Of a stretch of DNA of 61,351 nucleotides, positions 8,385 to 16,027 are shown piece by piece. Both the position numbers and the translations under genes were made by a program. The stretch is from an archaeon (GTDB lineage Archaea; Nanobdellota; Nanobdellia; Woesearchaeales; GW2011-AR9), in contig JBDRMB010000027.1 of the NCBI GenBank assembly GCA_043812455.1, positions 1-61,351 of the forward strand. The letters are read 5' to 3'. Every line of letters starts with the position of its first letter. The first letter of the stretch is position 1. Under the pieces are notes generated by a model. The model saw only the letters and a list, made by a program, of their open reading frames with translations. It was not told the origin of the DNA and did no database searches.

Positions 8385-9638
8385 TTATCTTCCTAACAAA
8401 AACTCTTTCAATTCTAAAACTTCATTGTCTGTTGCGGCACTACCATTAAATTTAGTGTCCCAAAGTACAGAATCTAGTAAAGTTTCTTTTGGATTAGGCA
8501 AACTTTTCGGTAAATAATCGTCAAGAATTCCTAGTTTAAATGCCACTGCAGCAAGTTCTACTGAACGGATTATGGTAATAGTACCAACTTCGTTTTGAAA
8601 TTTCTTAACATTATCAATGTTCATGTCAACTTTTTTCTTAGTTCGGTGTTCAAGTAAAGATTTTAATGACTTACCATTTTCAATAAGAAGTCTCATAGTT
8701 CTTTCATCCATAATTATTGGAGCTTTATTGTTAGAAAGTGATGCTAAAACAGTTTCCATTTCACCAGCTTGGATAATTTCAAGCGGCTTATTGTTAATTT
8801 TGTATGTTTGGTTTGATAATTTAGCTAAATATTGGATTCTGGTGTTAGATAAGTGATTGTATGGTTCAATTATCCCATCTTTTATAAGTTTGATTACCTG
8901 TAATGCTTCAAACTTGAATCTTTTGGTTTGGACAGGTGTTTCAATAATCTCTTTGTGTACAGCTGTAGTAATGTAAAATTTTCCACCAAACTTTTCTTTT
9001 AATGGTTTTAAGATCCATAACAAACGTGACATTGCTAGAGTAATAATCGGACCGGCATCAAAGAAAATGATTTTGCTATTTGATTGGCCAGAGAAAATCT
9101 TAATAGCTTGTTGAAGACGGGTGGTAGCTGAGACTTTTTCCTTGTGCTTTTCTAAAAGTCTAGTTCCACCAGCATATTGTAAAATGTCCCAACGGCTAAT
9201 TCCCATCAATTCTGCAGCTCGAGCAACCGACATTCCATGTTCTAACAAGGTTGTACTTTTTTTGATCCTAGCAGCCTGTAAAACGTCCTGGACATGAGTT
9301 TTGGTTTCGTCACTACATTTTTTAATGATATCAAACATAATTTTCATACTGCTATTATAACGGCCAAATTGTTTTTCACCTAAATTCTTACTTGCATTTT
9401 TCATCTCTTGGAACAATTTTTTATAATCTTCAGGCTGAATGGAAGGTGAAACTTTGTAAATTGAGTAGATCAGTACTGCTAAAGAAATAGCATCCATATT
9501 TTTGTACAGGGTTACATCTTTGATAGTGTGATCGCTTAATTCTTTAAGTTCTTCAATGTCTTTAATTTCTCTGGTTTCAAGGATAGAAATGGCTCTGTTA
9601 AGGTCTTTCAATAAACTCTTTCTCATTATCTCTTGCAT
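8385..9638 (-). CDS. Hypothetical protein with a C-terminal PIN-like domain
   Basis: C-terminal half begins IIFFDAGPIITL and has GEMET and IMDE acidic residues; helical N-terminal half ends in an HTH-like segment. Confidence 0.55.
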   Translation of the reverse strand: MQEIMRKSLLKDLNRAISILETREIKDIEELKELSDHTIKDVTLYKNMDAISLAVLIYSIYKVSPSIQPEDYKKLFQEMKNASKNLGEKQFGRYNSSMKIMFDIIKKCSDETKTHVQDVLQAARIKKSTTLLEHGMSVARAAELMGISRWDILQYAGGTRLLEKHKEKVSATTRLQQAIKIFSGQSNSKIIFFDAGPIITLAMSRLLWILKPLKEKFGGKFYITTAVHKEIIETPVQTKRFKFEALQVIKLIKDGIIEPYNHLSNTRIQYLAKLSNQTYKINNKPLEIIQAGEMETVLASLSNNKAPIIMDERTMRLLIENGKSLKSLLEHRTKKKVDMNIDNVKKFQNEVGTITIIRSVELAAVAFKLGILDDYLPKSLPNPKETLLDSVLWDTKFNGSAATDNEVLELKEFLLGR

Positions 9639-9739
9639 AAGAATAAGGAGTATTTTTGTTTTTATTAATGTTTGGGTAGATTCATGGTGTTAGCTGGGCA
9701 TAAGTTTTTATATTTATCAACGTTTTTTATTTAATTCAA

Positions 9740-9835
9740 GGGCCGGTAGTATAGTGGTAAAATAGATGCTTGGCTATGATCCGACAAAGGTCAACTAAAC
9801 AGCGTCAGTCCCGGGTTCGACTCTCGGTCGGTCCA
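9740..9835 (+). tRNA. tRNA-Ala(GGC) with a 25-nt anticodon-loop intron
   Basis: Acceptor GGGCCGG/TCGGTCC-A with the G3-U70 alanine determinant; anticodon stem GATGC/GCGTC; TTGG/CTAA central helix; T arm CCGGG-TTCGACT-CTCGG. Confidence 0.8.
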
Positions 9836-9845
9836 TAAAAAGAGG

Positions 9846-10262
9846 GTGAAAATGATAAAAGTTATAAGTCTGGGAAAAGTAAAGAAAGATTATGTCAAAG
9901 CCGGTATTGCTGAATTCGTTAAAAGAATCGGCAAATATACAAAAATTGAATATATTGAAACCAACGCTTTTACTGAACGTGACCTGAAAGGTTTTGTTAT
10001 TGCCCTTGATGTAAAAGGTACACAGTACAGTTCTGAAAAGTTTGCAGAAATGTTTAACAAGACCTATATGGAAAACAAACCTTTGGTTTTCTTGATTGGC
10101 GGTCCGGACGGGATGTTCCTGAACATGTTGGAAGACAAAATTGATATGCGCATATCTTTATCTAAAATGACTTTTCCGAACGAATTGGTTAACGTGATTT
10201 TCTTAGAACAATTGTATCGGGCGTTTACCATCCAGAACAATGAACCTTATCATCGAGGCTGA
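9846..10262 (+). CDS. rlmH: 23S rRNA pseudouridine-1915 N3-methyltransferase (SPOUT)
   Basis: FLIGGPDG, ISLSKMTFP, EQLYRAFTI and PYHR motifs. Confidence 0.9.
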   Translation: MKMIKVISLGKVKKDYVKAGIAEFVKRIGKYTKIEYIETNAFTERDLKGFVIALDVKGTQYSSEKFAEMFNKTYMENKPLVFLIGGPDGMFLNMLEDKIDMRISLSKMTFPNELVNVIFLEQLYRAFTIQNNEPYHRG

Positions 10263-10334
10263 TTAATATTAGCATTCCAATTTATTCTCTGGACAAGATA
10301 AAAGCTTTTAATATATTTTACTTGAAAACATTTT

Positions 10335-11270
10335 ATGGCTAAGAAAGTTGCATTTGGGTTTGATATTGATGAATGTTTGACATTAGAAACTGGTCAGAAC
10401 CCAATTCTTAGGCATTATATGTCAAATATTACTAAAAAATATCCTCATATCACTGACGTTAGCGGATATTGGAAATTGTGTAATGATTCTAATTTCAAAA
10501 TTGCCTGGATGCAACAGTTTGCCAGAGATGCACCAGAAATATTTCCCGGTCTTGACAATAAAGTGTTAAGAGAAATATTTGCTCCACAGATTCCTTTAGC
10601 GCCAGGTGTTGAGACTTGGTTTGATCGCATGAAAGAATATTGTAAAGAGCTAGGCTTGGAGGTAGGTTTTCATGCCATAAGTGCGAGTGCTATTCCTTTA
10701 ATTGAAGGTCTTCCTTTCGCACATCATTTTGATTCAATTTATGCTGGTGAATTTCATGAAGAAAATGGCGTAATCTGTAGAGTAAAAAATACGGTTGGAC
10801 CTCATGATAAAGTAAGAAGATTAAAACATATTGCAAAAGGTTTGGATAAGGACATTTATGATGATCTTACAGTTGATCAATATGATGTTGAGTATCATCG
10901 TTTCTTGATATTTGGAGATGGTTTATCTGATCGGGATATGTTTAGATACTTTCATGAAGATGGTGCGCACGTGACTGCTGTTTTTGATCCAATTAATCCT
11001 AAAGCATATGTCCGTGCTAAGAAGAGATTAACAGATCATGTAAATGTTATTGTACCTCGTGATTATCAGGAAGGTTCACGGTTAGAAAAAGAAACAAAGA
11101 GATTCTTGGAAGGTATTGCTAACCGCGAATGTGATATGGATCATGATCTGGTTCACAGGATGATTCTTGGCCAGTTAAGAAGTTCTAGTGTTGAAGTAAC
11201 AGTAAGAAAACATTATGAAAGTTGTGAATACTGCCAAGAAAGAAGAGAAACAAAAATATTTGTTAATTGA
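10335..11270 (+). CDS. HAD-superfamily hydrolase with a C-terminal H-x3-C-x2-C motif
   Basis: FDIDECLT motif I, ISAS motif II, GDGLSD motif IV; C-terminal HYESCEYC. Confidence 0.75.
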   Translation: MAKKVAFGFDIDECLTLETGQNPILRHYMSNITKKYPHITDVSGYWKLCNDSNFKIAWMQQFARDAPEIFPGLDNKVLREIFAPQIPLAPGVETWFDRMKEYCKELGLEVGFHAISASAIPLIEGLPFAHHFDSIYAGEFHEENGVICRVKNTVGPHDKVRRLKHIAKGLDKDIYDDLTVDQYDVEYHRFLIFGDGLSDRDMFRYFHEDGAHVTAVFDPINPKAYVRAKKRLTDHVNVIVPRDYQEGSRLEKETKRFLEGIANRECDMDHDLVHRMILGQLRSSSVEVTVRKHYESCEYCQERRETKIFVN

Positions 11271-11273
11271 TTC

Positions 11274-11708
11274 TCAGTGCTTATAGATCTCATTAGAAAA
11301 GAAGTTTTTAACAATTTTTAGACATGGTGGAAATAAGTTCTGCGGCAGTTCCGAAAGGCCGAACCAACGCCATTCAACTATCTCGTCAGGTTCCATCACT
11401 TGCACGTCACCTTCAAAGTCAGTACAGATGAAACCGTTAGTCACGAAATGATTGTCATGCACGATTTCGTCAGTGACGCTGATCAATTTCATTCTATTCG
11501 CTTTCAAACTAGTTTCTTCTTCCAGTTCACGCCGTGCACTTTCTTCAATCGTCTGGTGCCAGTCAACTTTGCCGCCAGGCATTGACCAGGTACCTTCACC
11601 GTGCAGTTCAGAACTAGCTTTATCTGGGTCAGAATGTCTTAAGCCTAGAAGAATCTTGTTATCTCTGATTACCATTACTCCAACGCCGACTCTGGGATAG
11701 TTTGTCAT
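11274..11708 (-). CDS. Nudix hydrolase
   Basis: Nudix box GGKVDWHQTIEESARRELEEETSL. Confidence 0.92.
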   Translation of the reverse strand: MTNYPRVGVGVMVIRDNKILLGLRHSDPDKASSELHGEGTWSMPGGKVDWHQTIEESARRELEEETSLKANRMKLISVTDEIVHDNHFVTNGFICTDFEGDVQVMEPDEIVEWRWFGLSELPQNLFPPCLKIVKNFFSNEIYKH

Positions 11709-11749
11709 AATCTTATCATTAGAATAGATACTATAAATATTTTATTATC

Positions 11750-13348
11750 TTAATCAATAACTTCTTCAACAACTTCTCCTACCAAACTTCGGAGCATATG
11801 ACTCTTAACTTTAATATCAACAAACTTGTCCAAACCTAGCCTTCCTTTAACTCCAACAACTAATGGATAAGTGCCGAGCTGTCGGCAGAAAGTAGTATTA
11901 CCATCATAAATCTCAGTTCTCAAGTCTCTCATCACAGTACCTTCAGGTGCGATACGTTTTAACATTGGAAAATCAATCTTTTGTCTGATGTCGTTACGCC
12001 ATTTCCAATAGAATTTTCTATTCTTCTTCAAGAATCTGTCACCAGCCTCTTCCGCAAGCATCGTTCCTGGAAAAACGACAACTTCTCTGATGTTGATCCT
12101 TCTCAAAAGTAAGCCTTCGTCAAGAATCTTCTGCAGCCAATAGATATTATGTTCATTCGTTTTTTTGCTTTCACCGATCAGACCAAAGATTAGATTGATT
12201 CCTGGCAAAAATTTTGGCAGACCGTTTTCACCACGTTCTGCACCATATTTGTTGATAATTTTGATAGCTTTAAATGTTAAGTCTGGGCTTGTGTTTAATC
12301 TGTTCTTCTTTACAACTTCAGGATCAAAACTTTCTACACCAAAAGCTGCAATGTTACCTGCGGTACAGTATTTAACAATGGATTTAGTTTTCTCTTCATT
12401 GACAAATAAGGGATTGACATTATCAATGTGTAAAATTTTACTGTACTTCTTAGCTTGTTTTAGCAATTCTTCAATTTCTTCATTACTTCCATAGGAATAG
12501 AAACAAGTTTGTTTCCCTAAACGGAAATTTTCAATACCAGCATCATGCAATGCTTTAATTTCAGCAATAATATTTTTAATTTCTCTTCTTTCAACTTTTG
12601 CACATTTAATCGGTTCAGTACAGAACGAACAACCTACTTTCCGAGAACAACCTTTCATAGTTTCAATCTCTGCAATCAAGAACTCTGGTTTGAGCGGCAA
12701 TTGTTTGATCAAACTCCCTCCAAGCACAATATTTTTTTCAATGTTCTTATAATTAATATTTATTTTAGGGTCTACAGTAAAATTGTTTTCAAGCAGTTCG
12801 GGAACCTTATACTCCAAATCCTTAACTATCAAATCAAAATGATCCAAATCTTCTTCAACTGCACGAGAAATTGTTCCGCCCCATAATCCAGAACCAGCAT
12901 GTGCTGCAGGTCCAGTAAGTACAGTAAAATTTTTTTTATTTCTACCTGATCTTTTCCCTTCAGTTTGTAATTTTTCTAATAACTGAACAATTTCTTTAGT
13001 AGTTCCAGGGTATGCAGAAAGGTATTTGCCAGGTGTATGGGTACCAGCGATTATTATTAGTACATCAGTGTTGTTAAGAATTTGTTTAACACCTGCAAAG
13101 TTGGGAGTTAAATTTCTTATTTTAGTATTAGTTTTAACTTCTTTTTCTAATGGTTTTAATTTTGGATCTTTTCCAGAACTTTCTAATAATTTGACAGTAG
13201 CTCTAATATCATCTATAGTTAAGTAAGAAAATTCTTGTTCAGCCCGGGTCAATGCACCAGCAATATATCTAGGATAGGTGCCTAAAGTAGGCAACACTCC
13301 AAGTCCAGAAGCTTCATCTGTGTAACAATCAATTATTGTAAAACGCAT
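11750..13348 (-). CDS. Radical SAM protein with a C-terminal TRAM-like domain
   Basis: ETMKGCSRKVGCSFC cluster motif, FGVES, GINLIFGL; C-terminal RQLGTYPLVVG. Confidence 0.85.
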   Translation of the reverse strand: MRFTIIDCYTDEASGLGVLPTLGTYPRYIAGALTRAEQEFSYLTIDDIRATVKLLESSGKDPKLKPLEKEVKTNTKIRNLTPNFAGVKQILNNTDVLIIIAGTHTPGKYLSAYPGTTKEIVQLLEKLQTEGKRSGRNKKNFTVLTGPAAHAGSGLWGGTISRAVEEDLDHFDLIVKDLEYKVPELLENNFTVDPKININYKNIEKNIVLGGSLIKQLPLKPEFLIAEIETMKGCSRKVGCSFCTEPIKCAKVERREIKNIIAEIKALHDAGIENFRLGKQTCFYSYGSNEEIEELLKQAKKYSKILHIDNVNPLFVNEEKTKSIVKYCTAGNIAAFGVESFDPEVVKKNRLNTSPDLTFKAIKIINKYGAERGENGLPKFLPGINLIFGLIGESKKTNEHNIYWLQKILDEGLLLRRINIREVVVFPGTMLAEEAGDRFLKKNRKFYWKWRNDIRQKIDFPMLKRIAPEGTVMRDLRTEIYDGNTTFCRQLGTYPLVVGVKGRLGLDKFVDIKVKSHMLRSLVGEVVEEVID

Positions 13349-13586
13349 TTTGGTCTATGTTAATTAGTAAATTAATTATTGTTCAGTATATATAAAATCT
13401 TCTCAGTAAATCTGTTTTGCTTAGAAACTTATACCTATTTGAAAATTATTTTTATGAACCTGCTATCATGAACATATTTTTCTGAACTTGTGCTTAAACA
13501 ACAGTAATCTTTTAATAAAGGGGCAATTATACTACACTTATTCTGAGGTATTTGTTAATATATCAGCCGGGGAAAAGAGGTGGCTG

Positions 13587-13901
13587 ATGAGTTTTGAGGT
13601 AAGTAGTGTTAACATGATAGAAATAAAAAAGATCAAAATTAGGAAACCAAGCTTGAAATTAGAACTAAAATTAGAACAAAGAAGAAGATTACAATGGCTT
13701 TTACATATCCTAATTTACATAGCTTTTTTGTTAGGACTAACGTATGCTGGAGTTTTAGTGTTTTCTACATCTAGAGTTGATATGGTGGTGAGAAGATTGT
13801 ATGCCATTGAATTCTGGGTGATTACTGGTTTCTTTATTTTATACTTCGCTGCGATGGAAGGCCGAGATATGATTAATTTCAGAAGAAACAATAATAAGTA
13901 A
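13587..13901 (+). CDS. Hypothetical two-TM membrane protein
   Basis: Two hydrophobic helices; ATG at 13587 follows GAGGTG and is in frame with the track ORF 13488-13901. Confidence 0.6.
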   Translation: MSFEVSSVNMIEIKKIKIRKPSLKLELKLEQRRRLQWLLHILIYIAFLLGLTYAGVLVFSTSRVDMVVRRLYAIEFWVITGFFILYFAAMEGRDMINFRRNNNK

Positions 13902-13962
13902 TAACAATCATGAGTGATAACAATAATAAAATAACATTTTATGAACACTGGAGGGATTTGAA

Positions 13963-14280
13963 ATGAGCAATGAAGTGTTTAGCGGATATACAAGCCTTGA
14001 TGATGCATTAAAGAAAGCTGCAAATGGAAGCAGAGTTAGAATCTATTTTGAAAGTGGTACTGGTGACAGAACGGATAAAGTGATAAGGGCTGTTGAGGAG
14101 CTTCATAAGATGGGAGTTAGTTTTAGATTGTGTACAGAAAATTCTCGTAAAGAGTTTAGTTATGATCCTGAACACAACCGACCTGGAGAATCAGAAGGAA
14201 CTTATGAAAAGTTAGGCCAAGCGGGTGGTGGTGTAGTTAGTCCGCAAGAAATTGGTAAAATAGTAGTATATAGTAAATAA
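13963..14280 (+). CDS. Hypothetical protein
   Basis: 105-aa ORF with GGAGG upstream. Confidence 0.6.
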   Translation: MSNEVFSGYTSLDDALKKAANGSRVRIYFESGTGDRTDKVIRAVEELHKMGVSFRLCTENSRKEFSYDPEHNRPGESEGTYEKLGQAGGGVVSPQEIGKIVVYSK

Positions 14281-14348
14281 TTCTTTTTATTTTCTTACTT
14301 AGAATGAAAATCTTTAAAAATAAGCTCTGGTTCTCGCTGTTTATTAGT

Positions 14349-14503
14349 GGCCCCGTGGCTTAGCCTGGTAGAGCGCACGTTCCTCTTTAGGATGCGATAC
14401 TGATATGCCAGCTAGGTAAAGAAATCGTGAGGTCCGGGGTTCAAATATCCACGAAGTGGAGACAGCAAAGCCATTTCTGGGTTTGGAAGTCCCCGCGGGG
14501 CCA
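14349..14503 (+). tRNA. tRNA-Ile(GAT) with three introns (30/31, 37/38, T loop)
   Basis: Acceptor GGCCCCG/CGGGGCC-A; spliced arm CACGA-CTGATAA-TCGTG; introns 14380-14398, 14406-14423 and about 14446-14489; the first has a perfect BHB. Confidence 0.85.
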
Positions 14504-14718
14504 CTTTTTTTTATTATCATTATTTTTTACTATATAGCTCCTAAGTCTATACTGAAAATAAATAGTTATTTATTTTCTGTATATATCATCAAGGCTAGTC
14601 TAAAACTACTCCTTGCTCAGTATATATTTTCTTGAGCATAAATCTTTAAATACGAGTTGTCATTCAAAAATACTTACAAAATGACATTTAATGATCCATA
14701 TTGGGGGTGTTTAAGAAC

Positions 14719-15807
14719 ATGAAAAAAGTATTAGTTATTCTGACAACTTTAGTAATGGTACTATTCCTAACTAGTTGTTTAAATTACAAAGCTTACGACG
14801 TACCGACTGAAGATAATGAAAATGATGATGATTTAGACCTTATCGATGAGATTGCTGAGATTGAAAGGCAATTGGAAGAAAACGATTTGGTTGATGATGA
14901 AGGTACTGATGGTTTAGATGATCTGGAACTTGACGAAGAAGAAACAGATAGTATTGAAGAAATTGTTTCTGAAGACGACGAAGAACTTGAAGCAGATTTA
15001 GAAGAAGAGATCACAGTTGACATGGATGAGGAATCTTCTGTTGATGATGGTGTTCTAGTTTTTGAAGTTAATGAAAATGAATTGATTGAGTTAGGTGTTA
15101 GAATTGTTGACCCTGACGGTGATGATGTAACTTATTCCTTCTCTTCACCTCTTACTAAAGAAGGTAGCTGGCAAACTAATTATGGTGATGCTGGTGAATA
15201 TTACGTTACTTTAACCGCAAGTGATGAGATTCATACAACCACTCAAGAAATTTTAATCATTGTAAACAGAGTTAATGTAGCTCCAGTGATTAAAGCTGTT
15301 AAAGATCAGACTTTTGATGAAGGTGACATTATTGAATTTGAACCTGAAGTTAGTGATCCTAACGGTGACGCCGTTACTGTAGAAATCTCTGCACCATTAA
15401 GTGCTGGCTTATTTAATACAGACCATACTAGTGCTGGTGTGTACGAAATTATGGTTACTGCAAGTGATGGTGAGTTAGAAACAGAAACTTCTTTTATGCT
15501 AACTATTACAGATGTTAACGAACTGCCTGTAGTTTCTGGTTTAAAAGATATTGTAGTTGATGAAGGTGAAACTGTAGTAATTGAACCTACAGTTACTGAT
15601 TTAGATGGTGATGATTTAGAAATTACTATCAGTGCACCTGTTGGCAACGATGGTGTCTGGGAAACTGGCTACACTGATCATGGTGAGTATGAAATTACAA
15701 TTACAGTCGATGATGGTAAAGATACTGTTTTCGAGATTGTTACTGTGACTGTAGAAGATGTTAACATGCCGCCAATCATTGAAAATGTTGACGCAGAAGT
15801 TAATTAA
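14719..15807 (+). CDS. Acidic surface lipoprotein with tandem Ig/cadherin-like repeats
   Basis: Signal ending FLTSC; repeats DPDGD..TY....PL...G.WQT.Y.DAGEY..T+TASD...N..P. Confidence 0.8.
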   Translation: MKKVLVILTTLVMVLFLTSCLNYKAYDVPTEDNENDDDLDLIDEIAEIERQLEENDLVDDEGTDGLDDLELDEEETDSIEEIVSEDDEELEADLEEEITVDMDEESSVDDGVLVFEVNENELIELGVRIVDPDGDDVTYSFSSPLTKEGSWQTNYGDAGEYYVTLTASDEIHTTTQEILIIVNRVNVAPVIKAVKDQTFDEGDIIEFEPEVSDPNGDAVTVEISAPLSAGLFNTDHTSAGVYEIMVTASDGELETETSFMLTITDVNELPVVSGLKDIVVDEGETVVIEPTVTDLDGDDLEITISAPVGNDGVWETGYTDHGEYEITITVDDGKDTVFEIVTVTVEDVNMPPIIENVDAEVN

Positions 15808-15865
15808 TTTTATTTTTTTTAATTTTATTTTCTATTATTACTAAACATATTTAGTGATAAAAAAA

Positions 15866-16000
15866 GGGGTGTGGGGACAACATAACAAAAATCATTAGTG
15901 AAAATGATTTTTGGGACACTGAGAAATTCCAAATGAATTTCTTGTGTGATTAAGAACGTGGAAGTTCTTGACATATAGCTCGAAATCGAGAGGAATGTGT
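15866..16000 (+). other. Intergenic array of four tandem hairpins (REP/MITE-like or ncRNA)
   Basis: Stems CAAAAATCATT/AATGATTTTTG, GAGAAATTC/GAATTTCTT, TTAAGAAC/GTTCTTGA and CATAT-CTCGA/TCGAG-ATGTG; GGGACA occurs twice. Confidence 0.5.
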
Positions 16001-16027
16001 TTAAATTTAGTTTAAACTTGCTATAAA

